This document shows, in pieces, positions 24,983 to 36,743 of a DNA stretch of 61,203 bases. The notes beneath the pieces were generated by a model. That model did not search any database. It saw nothing but the letters and a program-made list of their open reading frames with translations, and was not told where the DNA came from. The translations under genes were made by a program, and so were the position numbers. The stretch comes from Octopus bimaculoides. Its lineage: Eukaryota. Positions within the stretch are counted from its first letter, which is position 1. Each line of letters begins with the position of its first letter. The stretch covers positions 114,461,661-114,522,863 of the forward strand of contig NC_068982.1 in the NCBI RefSeq assembly GCF_001194135.2, written 5' to 3'.

Positions 24983-25063
24983 CGGCCCAGACATCTCCCC
25001 TTACACTAATGCGGCCCAGACATCTTACATTAAACCGGCCCAGACATCTCCCGTTACACTAGT
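24983..25063 (+). repeat. Three-unit minisatellite with invariant CGGCCCAGACATCT core
   Basis: The core starts at 24983, 25012 and 25036 (units of 29, 24 and about 28 nt). Confidence 0.9.
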
Positions 25064-26521
25064 ACGATGAAATATCAATCAAATATTGATCAAACTACTG
25101 AACTGCTAATCGGTTAGCACCTTTAAAACGGGTGCCCAGCACACAGCTGCAATCCAATGACTAAAAGTTGGTAAAGAATACAAGAATACAAAATAGAGGA
25201 ACAAAACTACATGGAATCAGGGACTTACTCCGCCATTCTACTGTTTCTCTCTTCCATCGACTTTAATGATAAATATCGATTTCTTACGGTGGTAATAGTC
25301 TAAACATTTGTAGTACGGGGTGGGTGTAATCGATTTAATCGTTTGATGTAGATTTTAACGATCAGGATGGGAGAAAATCAAGGCTAAGTCCTGTGAAGGT
25401 TGGAAAAAATGGTTAAAAGGATGATAATGGTATAACGGCAGATTTGAAAACTGATTCGCGGCTCTTAACGGTGAGTTCAATTCTAACATATGGAAACAAC
25501 TGGTAATTGAACTAATAAATGAACCTCAGTAGGGGTTACTTTACCAGTTAGAAATAACTGACTTGATATTAGAAAACAACAACAACAACAGCAACAGCAA
25601 CTAATATGAGTGAAGTGATGTCTTCTCTGCGAAACTAGACTTATGAATCATTCCAGCGGACCACAGAAGTTTGTTAAATGTGAATTAGTAAAATATCTCT
25701 AAAACTACTCACACATTTAGTCTAATATAAACCATATATAATTATTAATGTAAAAGAAATACATTTATATGTACGCTAGTTTCTGCACAAATGCAAGCCC
25801 ATAAAATTCACATTAAAATTATATTCTGTTAGTAAAGTAAAATGGCCATAAAATAAAATATCTCTGACAAATAACCAATGTTTATAGCTTTCTGTTTGTT
25901 TTGTGTCCTGGAAACAACATTACGTTTGCACATAGACACTTAGTAAATCTATAGAATCAATGCTGTAATGTTAACGTATATAACGTGGGTAGGACCTTAA
26001 TGGGTAGGACCTTAACACTTCAAAATTAAAATGATACAAATTGCTAATTTTATTAGTTTTAACATTAAACTAGTTTCTTAAAGGGACAATAGAAGTATTA
26101 AATAAGAATACATAAAATTGGCTTATAGAAGCTATTACTTTATTGCTTGAAGTTTCTTTTGTGAACTTTTGGAACATATGGTTTGCTTACAGTTTTTTTT
26201 TTTTTGTTTTTTTTTTTGGTTATCTAATTGTAGGTTATATAAAAAACATATAGTGAAATTGTTATCAATGTTATTGAAACTTAAATAGTTAAATATATAT
26301 TTTTCAGTTCATATTTTAATGGACAAAGACGAATATTCGTCAGAATATAAAGGATAATCAACGTGAATTAGAACATTTACAACAGACATTATGAAGTAAA
26401 GTTTCAAGATCATTCTATTGACGAAATATGTCATAGAAAATGTGTTGTATGACCGGACTGCATTTAAAATAGATCATTTCTTTCATATTTAATGATCGTA
26501 TATTCCCGTTTATATGATTAC

Positions 26522-26700
26522 GTATATGGACGCAGCAAAGCAAATAACAAGAAGTTCGCTTTGCAGCCATGAGATTCTGGGTTCAATCTCAGTGTGTGGC
26601 ATCTTGGGCGAGTGTTCTTTACTAGATCCTCGCTTGTGAGTGAAACTGCATATAGAGAAACTCTGCTGAAACCTGTCGGATGGACTATACCAGTTATTCA
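26522..26700 (+). mobile_element. Degraded tRNA-derived SINE (OK-like head)
   Basis: AAGAAGTTCGCTTTGCAGCCATGAGATTCTGGGTTCAATCTCAGTGTGTGGCATCTTGGGCGAGTGTTCTTTACTAG resembles the reverse complement of 2400-2470. Confidence 0.65.
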
Positions 26701-27911
26701 AAGAAAGTCTTGACACGTCCCACTTCATGTTATATTAACTCTACCCGACAATTACATTAAGGTTAGACGTGTTTGTTAAATACTCAGTCAAGTACACAAT
26801 AATTCGATGAGCAGATACGTGACCCCCAACAAAACAGTCATCGCCAAAGCCGACGAAGCTCCATTTTTATATTATTCTTATTTGCGGTCTTCTTACACGT
26901 TATTTTTTTCACAGACGCCTTATAATCCGATGAAAACTCTAAAATATCTGGCGAATGTGAGAAACGGATGGAGACATTCTGTTTTGCGCTACGTCTTCGC
27001 GGATGTCTAATAAAATTAACCGTTACATGAAATTTATAAAATAAAATACGTTTGTAACCTACAAGGAGAGTGGAATTATTAAGTCGTTGGACAAAATGCC
27101 TTGAGACATTGAATCCGGTTCTTTAGAATCTAGGTTAACTTGCGACAGCGTTGGTGTTATGCTGTGTCACCTTTCCTTAGAACAACATCAATGGCTTGGA
27201 GATAGGAAATTCCTTGCATAGGCAACTGTTGGACTTCCGTTAAAAAAAAATAATAAAGAGACCTATACTCTAGAGAGCTGCTGTCCAGGTGCGGACGTGT
27301 GTTCAACATTGACCAAATAAAACCTTAATAGTAGATAATAAAATGTCGTGGGGACTTACATGAAATTCCTCACTTGCTAATAGTCCCCATGAAAGAAACA
27401 GCATGATACTCATCAAAAATTTAATTGTAACGAGGCGAATCTATTTAAAGCACTTTGTTACGAAGAAACTTAACCAAAAATTACCGATTTTTAGGATTAT
27501 ATTTGGCAGAAATCCGATATTTTTGCTAAAATCCACCGATTTCTCTAATGCCTCTGATATCAATAATGATGACTCTAAGATCTATAAATAAATTTTTGGT
27601 TATAGGAGAAAAGGTTGTCGTATATTCCTATATTCTCAATGGATTTTAAATACGATATATTTATGTTGACAGCGGGCTAAAATATACTCACATAATCCCA
27701 GTGGATACCCGGAATAAAACAAATACGCCTGTTTAAATGCGTGTGCGTGTGTGCCTAGGTGTGTGTGACTATGTGTATTCCCTTCATGACGACAGTACCA
27801 CGTCTAACTACATCTACAAATATATTGTATTGTTTTAAGGATGGAGTAATAACGCCAACATTTTCAAACGAACTCACACACACATACACACACGAACAGA
27901 CATATGTGTGT

Positions 27912-27948
<37 letters not shown>

Positions 27949-28023
27949 TGGCGGTACAATACAATATAGACTGCTCTACTTTTTAGAGTATGCTTCTACT
28001 CCAGATTTATGTTTTTCTAAAAA

Positions 28024-28080
<57 letters not shown>

Positions 28081-28540
28081 AAAATATACTTACATAATCC
28101 CATTGGATATCGCGAATAAAACAAATATGCCTGTTTGCATGTGTGTGTGTGTACGTGTGTCAAAATAAAATTCTATTTGTCAAACCAAAATTCTACTACT
28201 TCCAATCTTTTTCCTTGAAGGCTATTTCTGTAGAGGGTGGTCGTGTCTAACCAGGATCGTCTCTATATCTACACTGTCATGAACGTGGTTTCGTATGCCC
28301 ATGTCATCTCTGATGAAACTAGAAACCAATTATCATTATTTTTTTCAAAATAATGAACAGTAAGTTTCTTAATCATTGGCTCCTGTAACATCTGGACGCG
28401 GTTTTGGAATCTTCACCCCTATGGGTCTGCCACATTTAGGTAGCAAGTATATTTCACGATTCCGTGCTGCTACTCTTTACGTCTCGCCCAGAGATTTATT
28501 ATTGCTATATATATATTTGTGTGTGTATAAGTATGTATGC

Positions 28541-28571
<31 letters not shown>

Positions 28572-28917
28572 CATCCATCTATCTCTCTAAGCGTGTGCGT
28601 GGTGAGGAGAAATAATTAAAAACTTAAGTGATATCATGATATCTGGAGAGAAACACTGACACGTTAACCTTATTAAAAACATGATTAGCTTTATGAAAAC
28701 AAATCTAGTAAAGTTCCCCTGTCAGTTCATAATAGAAGCATTCTAGTTAAAACACTAAATTAGTTCACTTCGAGATTACTTCACAGAACATGTTATATGT
28801 AAACAAGGCCTGCTTTACTTTTATTCTATATTTTTAATAGTATAATATTGAAACATTGCTAAATTCGAAGGACATATTTCTCCGTGAACTCGTTAAAGCT
28901 ACTTTGCATCATGAAAT

Positions 28918-29050
28918 CTTGTGGCCTAGTGATTAGAGTGTTCGATTTATAAAGTCGTTGGTTCAATTACTGGACAGAACGGTTCTTGAGTCTTGTGGCC
29001 AGGAATTTCATTACATTTTGTTCCAGTGTACTCTGTGTGATGAGTGCTAA
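28918..29050 (+). mobile_element. Degraded tRNA-derived SINE
   Basis: GTGGCCTAGTGATTAGAG (A box) .. GGTTCAATTAC (B-box-like). Same family as 15104-15330. Confidence 0.6.
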
Positions 29051-29369
29051 CCAGTTACTGCTACAGGCCTCTCGACCTCCAGCTTTTATGGCTTGGTCAA
29101 AGATAAGGGAGCCGACACGATGTCTATATCTGATCGAGACTATATAGACACAATGTACGTTTCATATTATCAAGCTACGCTCGCTCGTACGTGGCGCTTG
29201 GCTCTACAGTAGTTACATTGCATCCAAGGTCATTCAGCCTCTTGACAAAACGGAGCTAATTCACATGTATGTATGATTCATGTTCTCTTTCTCTCTTTAA
29301 TTTAGAATAAATTTTGACCGGCCCCATACTTGGCAGCAAAAGTGAAGAAAAACATCTTGTTTACCTTTA

Positions 29370-29600
29370 TCCTTTAAATCTTAAAAGAGGTTTTGCAAAT
29401 TTTTATAGCCCCGAGTATCGTGGTTACTTGTGGCGTATGAATTAAGGACTTGCTTTGTCTTCCCAGGATCTCAAGTTCAGCCATACTTTGCTCCAGACGC
29501 CTCAGTAGGTATCCTATTGCTTCAATAATAATAGGTGTGAATCTGACAATATATCTTGGGTACTGGATTTGCAAACTCCGTATCATTGGTTCATAAAAGT
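29370..29600 (-). mobile_element. R4/Dong-like 3' fragment (REL endonuclease C-terminus)
   Basis: MIRSLQIQYPRYIVRFTPIIIEAIGYL..LGAIKICKTSFKI*, homologous to LQLLCPYYKFMFIPVIIG..GTVKMCKTF at about 4965-5150. Confidence 0.8.
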
Positions 29601-31923
29601 CATCTTTCTAATATATTTTTTATGTATGTATGTATGTATGTATCAAAATATATGAGGACGTGAGAAAGAGAGACGAGAGGAAAGGGCAGGGAAGCTTGTG
29701 TTCGAGTAGTCTAAATCTAGATAGATCCGAGGCGAATAATCCACTATAGTATTGGTAGAAATACCACAGACTAGGCTGCCAAAGATTGTGTGTTTATGAG
29801 CGACTTTATGATATGCATTCACTTGGCCTTTCTTTTGATTAGATTCAAAATCTGTATGTGTATAAAATCAACTTCCTAAATGAGGTTGCAGTCCTCCATT
29901 ATGAGACTCATTTAGGCTCTCTAGAATATTAGTAGATATAGGTAAGGCAGATGAAGCAATCTCTAGTATCGAAGAATGAACACTAGTTTCTTTTATACTG
30001 TCATCGCCATATGTAACTCTTTTCTGATAATCTTTTAATTAAAATATGTCATAATTACGTTTTCTTATTTAAAAAGTGAGAAGGAAAACTTAATCAGTCA
30101 AAATTTCTTTATTTCTAAGAAATTAAAGGTGAATATCAAGTTTTTGAGATAAAATAAATTAGTAAAAGTAAAAAAGTACAGCAGTATTTTGTCGACTGAG
30201 TGTCATTTGATAACCAAAGTATTCCCATTGTTTTTTGTTTTTGTTGTTTTTTATTTCCTGTTACATTAGCTGATAGTGAAAAAAATATAGTTCGAACGTC
30301 GTCCACCAAGATACCCTGGAATGTTGAAACAATACGTTTAAACATTGTGTCACTTCAATAACAATTTTCATTATTGTTTTAATCTGAATGTTTTTTTTTT
30401 TTATTTTACTTTTCGCATTTTTGTATGGAGTGGAGGTGGTAATATTCTCATGAATTCTTTATTTCAGTTCTTATCCAAATCTTCTTTATATTTTACGTGT
30501 TTATTTTTTCAGTTACAAGCTCGAACTTTACAATTTTTGTAATTCTTTATTGTATTCAGATAATGTTATTTTTTATGTCACGATCCAGAAATAAAGCAGC
30601 AAATGTCAGTTTCAATATCAAATAAATAAACAAACACAAACAGAATCAATCTTTTGAATGGCATTTGGTGTATTCAGAAAGTAATCTCAGAATTACAATG
30701 CTGTTGTCGATGTGACTCATGAATCAACCTTGTAATGAAAGGCATTGCAGTCTTGAACACTCTTTATCATAGAAAATGGGTAGAGGGTATTTTAGTCCTT
30801 TATTTTAGTTAGGAGGGGAAGCAGTGCCCATAACAGCTTTGTAGGGTCTCCGAGATTCATGGAAGGAAGAGATCGCCAAACGGGAAACCTGTTTCAAATG
30901 TTAATGTCATCCAAGGATCAAGTGCCGATGTGAAATTGAGTGACAGAGTAAATCTACCACCCACGTAGATGCAGTAGGATTTGAACAAGATTAGGAGCAA
31001 ATCCCATTAGGTAACCTACCTGGTGATCTAAAGACTCTGTCAGTTCACTGTCCAAGACCGGTAAATCATTTTATCGATCCCAAGAAGGAATGCGAGGAGC
31101 CACAATAATTACTGCAAGGCATATCTTTCGACTTTCTAACGATTCAACCAATTCGAAATGTACTCATAAAGCATAAAATATACCAATTAAAATTAAGCCT
31201 TAAGAGTGTATTTAGGTTGCGTTGTAAACTTCAGCAGTTAACATATTTCATTAGAGATAAATAATACAACTAAGTTCCACTTATGTAGATAGAACAATAG
31301 ATAAATCCCTTAAGAGTAGTTCTTGAAAGTGAAAATCAGAAATTAAACAGAAAGGAATCATAGTGAACGAATCATAGTGACAAATATGCTGTTTATTGTA
31401 TTTACATTGAAATTAAGTTAGCAGGTAGTGTGCTCTTTCTTACAATAGTAATGTTATATACTATTATTCCTATATGTTCACTCGCTGAGCAGCTGCAGTA
31501 AGTTAAGTACTAATAATTTAGATATAACAACCTACAGCTATGTTTAAAGAAAACAGAAGAGCAAATGAAAAATCCTTCGAAAGCATCCCTTGAAAATCTG
31601 AAGTTATAGAATTTTTCGGAGAATTGAGTTCAGTCTGCATGTTAACAAGACATAAAATCGTTTATCTGAGATAGGAAGGAAAAGCAAACTCAGAAATAGC
31701 TTATGCATGTAAGAGACAATTAAGCACCTGTATTATTTAATGACCTGCAAAGATAATTTAACATTATTACATTCATTACGCATAACTTGAGCTTCCTGCT
31801 AATCTGTGAGAAGTTTCAGTAGAAAAAGCTCAACCACTGAAATGGTAAAAGGTTTTTCTTTTATAAAATATAAGAAAAGTAAATCAGTATTGGCTAAAAA
31901 TTCAACGGAGCATTTTATGCTTC

Positions 31924-31966
31924 AAATTTCCTGGCAAAAAGGAGTTTGTCCGAAACGTTGGATTTT
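31924..31966 (+). ncRNA. Degraded Penelope-type hammerhead-like motif
   Basis: AAAUUUC CUGGCAA AAA GGA-GUUUG-UCC GAAAC GU U GGAUUUU. The topology is preserved, but the core and the cleavage triplet are mutated. Confidence 0.35.
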
Positions 31967-32252
31967 CCATACCCCATAACAAGTCCACTGTATTCTTTTG
32001 TCGATTTTATTAAACTATACAAATCTTGCTGACGCAAACCAACGCCACTTAGCAATTGATTGATCTACCTGTGTATTCATGTGTGTGCATATGTATAACT
32101 GGGAAAATATCAGATTTTCAGCGATTTTACTATTATTTTCGCGTTTTTGCTATTAATTCTATCAAATTTATTTAAAGTACTGTATTGAGTACTTTTCTAT
32201 CTTTCTTTGCACAGTGGTATACACGTACACACACATACATACACACACACAT

Positions 32253-32287
<35 letters not shown>

Positions 32288-34025
32288 GGTGAATGCGTGA
32301 GTCTGCGTAGCTGCTAACGGTATTCGTGTGGGTGCGGGGGAATATTTGTAATGAAACTAAAACCATAAAGAATTCTTATCCACTACTCCTTAAAATTGTA
32401 TCGCATTCAGTAAAAACCTTTTCTCTGCGTACTTGGTTTGGCTAATGCTATATTTCATAACATATATTATTATACGCCTTTCATAATATTCTATTAGACA
32501 AAGTATTCCACCACAAAGTATTCCGTCATTACAAGGGCTACAATGACAAAATACATTTCAATTCAAATTTTCTATGCATTTTTCCAATCAAATTACAACT
32601 GATTACTGTATTTTATGCCATTCTATTCACATTGGAACTTGGCATGTAGAATAATGGATCCTGTGATGGTTAAAAGAAATATCTTAGATGAATCCTGGAA
32701 AATTTCTATAATTTTCATTGGAAAATTTTGTCTTATTTATCTGTTCATATTTTTATAACTACTGAATCGGAAATATTAATTCGATTACATACGTTCTTTC
32801 TCTAAATTTAAACACCTTTCAAGACAATTAGGCACAAGTGTACACTTCACTTAACTAGCTGCCGTAGCATGTCTTTGCAAGTGGAAAATAGTTCTATTGT
32901 GTAGCTATATGATCTATTGTATATTCCAGCTATGAGAAGCTACTTGTCAGAAAATATTGTTCAATTAACTGCTTCCTGTGTAGGTACCACATTAAATATT
33001 AAAATGTATATGTCACCGTTTTCATCTCCCTTATAGAGACCTGCACAGGCTCTTTCTCTCTCTCTCTCTCTTTCTCTCCTTCTCTCTCATGCGCACACAC
33101 ACTCATACATATATACTGTATATACATACATGTGTGCGTGTGTGTGTGTATGTGTGTGTGTGTGTGTGTGCGTGTGTGTGTGTGTGCGTGTGTGTGTGTG
33201 CGTGTGTGTGTGCGTGTGTGTAAGATAAAATGAGACAACNNNNNNNNNNNNNNNNNNNNNNNNNNNNNNNNNNNNNNNNNNNNNNNNNNNNNNNNNNNNN
33301 NNNNNNNNNNNNNNNNNNNNNNNNNNNNNNNNNNNNNNNNNNNNNNNNNNNNNNNNNNNNNNNNNNNNNNNNNNNNNNNNNNNNNNNNNNNNNNNNNNNN
33401 NNNNNNNNNNNNNNNNNNNNNNNNNNNNNNNNNNNNNNNNNNNNNNNNNNNNNNNNNNNNNNNNNNNNNNNNNNNNNNNNNNNNNNNNNNNNNNNNNNNN
33501 NNNNNNNNNNNNNNNNNNNNNNNNNNNNNNNNNNNNNNNNNNNNNNNNNNNNNNNNNNNNNNNNNNNNNNNNNNNNNNNNNNNNNNNNNNNNNNNNNNNN
33601 NNNNNNNNNNNNNNNNNNNNNNNNNNNNNNNNNNNNNNNNNNNNNNNNNNNNNNNNNNNNNNNNNNNNNNNNNNNNNNNNNNNNNNNNNNNNNNNNNNNN
33701 NNNNNNNNNNNNNNNATATATATATATATATATACAGTGTTTCTGGCATATCCCAGAAACTGTTGTAAGACTTTCAATTTTTTTCCATTAATAATAATGC
33801 ATATGACTTCTTGGGATATTTGTCTTGCTTTAATGTTTGTTGTCCTCTTTAACAAGTATATATCCGCTATATCAGAAATCTGCAATGGCCCTATAACTAC
33901 CATCTCGGCTACAATATTAGAGCCCTAGTAATCCGTTACAGCACTTACCTAACGAACCTAATCGTTTAAATCACCTGTGAACTAAACCCCCATACNNNNN
34001 NNNNNTGTGTGTGTGCGTGTGTGTA

Positions 34026-34440
34026 AGATAAAATGAGACAACAAAGCCAAGGTAGTGTAGAATTTTCAGGACATTTATAAAGAGAAAGTTAGTCTTACGG
34101 CTGTTTCTGGGATATTAGGGATATCCCTTCAACAAAAAGTTAAATAGAGGGAAACAGTAGAGTTCAATATTAGGAGTTATTTTGGAAAAGGATGGAAATA
34201 AGAAGTATAAAGGGAAATAAGAGAATAAAAGTAAAAATTAAAATATGTGCTGTATGTTATAGTTGCAGTTCCATTATCCAAGGAAAGTGGTGTGTAGAAA
34301 TGGTAGAAATGCGTCTTGTCCGTGGTATGTAAATTCCGATAGGAGTTCATGAACTCCCAGAAGCAGCTGTAAGACTAATTTTCTCTTTACAGATGTCCTG
34401 AAAATTCCACACAGCCTTGGTTTTGTTGTCTCATTTTATT
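34026..34440. mobile_element. Inverted pair of Penelope-type pseudo-LTR fragments with degraded hammerhead motifs
   Basis: 34026-34110 is the reverse complement of about 34356-34440 (CCCAGAARCAGCYGTAAGACTAA..GTCCTGAAAATTCYACAC..CCTTGG.TTTGTTGTCTCATTTTAT). Stem II hairpins are GGAGTTC-AT-GAACTCC (34342-34357) and GGGATAT-CCCTA-ATATCCC (minus strand). Further fragments lie at 33220-33239 and 33738-33772. Confidence 0.7.
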
Positions 34441-35389
34441 TAACATATACATGCTCATACAAGACCCGCATTAGACTCCCCACTCATCTAATTATCAAAT
34501 TGAGAGTTTAACTACGGTCCTTCCATAGCACTTACATAGCCTTACCTGCCACCTTGGGTCTTCTGGATACCAATAACTCTCATATATATATATATAAAAT
34601 ATATAGCTTTAGGGAAAATAACCAAGTTTCAAGAACTCATCGATGAAAATCTACTATCACATATAGANNNNNNNNNNNNNNNNNNNNNNNNNNNNNNNNN
34701 NNNNNNNNNNNNNNNNNNNNNNNNNNNNNNNNNNNNNNNNNNNNNNNNNNNNNNNNNNNNNNNNNNNNNNNNNNNNNNNNNNNNNNNNNNNNNNNNNNNN
34801 NNNNNNNNNNNNNNNNNNNNNNNNNNNNNNNNNNNNNNNNNNNNNNNNNNNNNNNNNNNNNNNNNNNNNNNNNNNNNNNNNNNNNNNNNNNNNNNNNNNN
34901 NNNNNNNNNNNNNNNNNNNNNNNNNNNNNNNNNNNNNNNNNNNNNNNNNNNNNNNNNNNNNNNNNNNNNNNNNNNNNNNNNNNNNNNNNNNNNNNNNNNN
35001 NNNNNNNNNNNNNNNNNNNNNNNNNNNNNNNNNNNNNNNNNNNNNNNNNNNNNNNNNNNNNNNNNNNNNNNNNNNNNNNNNNNNNNNNNNNNNNNNNNNN
35101 NNNNNNNNNNNNNNNNNNNNNNNNNNNNNNNNNNNNNNNNNNNNNNNNNNNNNNNNNNNNNNNNNNNNNNNNNNNNNNNNNNNNNNNNNNNNNNNNNNNN
35201 NNNNNNNNNNNNNNNNNNNNNNNNNNNNNNNNNNNNNNNNNNNNNNNNNNNNNNNNNNNNNNNNNNNNNNNNNNNNNNNNNNNNNNNNNNNNNNNNNNNN
35301 NNNNNNNNNNNNNNNNNNNNNNNNNNNNNNNNNNNNNNNNNNNNNNNNNNNNNNNNNNNNNNNNNNNNNNNNNNNNNNNNNNNNNNNNN

Positions 35390-35429
<40 letters not shown>

Positions 35430-36029
35430 AGACAATGAAGCTCCTAAGCTCCTGTATTATTTAATATCCTGTAAAGATAATTTAACATTGTTACATTCAT
35501 TACGCATAACTTGAACTTCCTGCTAATCTGTGAGGATTTTCGTTATAAAAAGCACGATCACTGAAATGATAAAAGGTTATATGTATGTATATATGTATAT
35601 ATGTATGTTACATTATATTCATAGTATATCATGTAATATTATAATATAAATAAATTATTGGATTGTCAATAGTATCTCTCTATTTAATTTATTTTTGTAA
35701 TCGCATTATACCCATATTTATATGTATGGTATTCAACTGACGTACCAGTGAATTAGATGTTTAACACACCCTTTGAAGGATCTCTTTTCCTCAAAAGGCT
35801 CGCTTCGAGAGTTGTATTCCCTCGCTTTCGGTACAATGTGTTTAATATGGTAGTTTTGACTTTAAGAGCCCCTCCTAGCGTGAGGCATTTATGTATAGTA
35901 ATGCCCTTAATATAAATATATATATAATAGTGAATTCAAAGAAACACAGAGAAAAGAAAAAGTCAACAAACGTATGGATGTAACACAAGCAATGTATTAA
36001 TAAGATGCTCAGAGAAAGAAAAGAGTAGA

Positions 36030-36064
36030 GTTTTACGTTTCGAAAATAGCTGTTCTTCGGAAAC
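36030..36064 (-). ncRNA. Minimal hammerhead-like motif, core CCGAAGA
   Basis: GUUU CCGAAGA A CAGC-UAU-UUUC GAAAC GU A AAAC. Stem I is 4 bp, stem III is the palindrome ACGU, the triplet is GUA, and stem II is disrupted in this copy. Confidence 0.6.
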
Positions 36065-36707
36065 AGGAAAGTCCAAGACGAAGGAGGAAGAAAATTCGCC
36101 AACAATCACGTGTGCACACATACATACACACAAGCACACACACAACAACATGCACCCATCAACACAGTCACAGCAACCCGTTCTTACACCCCTCTTCAGA
36201 TTTCCTCTGCCTCTAACTTCACTATTGACCCCTCCATCTACGCACACATATAAACACACACACACATACACACTGCTACACCCACCCATTCACAAACTTG
36301 TCACTATGACTGTCATAGCGACTTTAACACACGTGCACACAGATCCTACCAAACAAACACTCACACTCATACACACACAGACTACGCACACAAACACGCA
36401 CACAGTTGATGCCCCCCTCCACACACACACAGTTACCACCACACGCACACACGTTACCATACATACACACGCTACCATACATACACACACTACTCCTCAC
36501 ATACATACAAACACACACACGCATACGCTACCATACATACACACACATGCTACCACACGCACACACATACTGATCATCTTCATACTTTCTTCTCCCGAAA
36601 AGTACTTTATTATCTTTTTTTCTACTTCCGGTCACTTCAAAAATGTAACCGCACGTTATTATTGGCGATTTTACTTCTTCCTTCGTCTTGGAATTTTCTG
36701 TTGTTCC

Positions 36708-36743
36708 TATTTCCGAAAGAGAGCTATGCTCGAAACGTAATAC
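36708..36743 (+). ncRNA. Minimal hammerhead-like motif, core CCGAAAGA
   Basis: UAUUU CCGAAAGA GAGC-UAU-GCUC GAAAC GU A AUAC. Stem II is a perfect 4 bp and stem I is degraded. Confidence 0.6.

Noticed and set aside
25987-26016. Short perfect tandem duplications (TGGGTAGGACCTTAA x2; also CAGTATATCTTTAGATCT x2 at about 52898-52937)
   Set aside because: Ordinary slippage-type duplications with no further structure.
27347-27393. Hairpin TCGTGGGGACT/AGTCCCCATGA
   Set aside because: Isolated stem with no ribozyme core, TSD or second copy seen.
33200-34045. Duplicate GTGTGTAAGATAAAATGAGACAAC on both sides of N gaps
   Set aside because: An identical short overlap next to gaps is most simply an assembly artefact.
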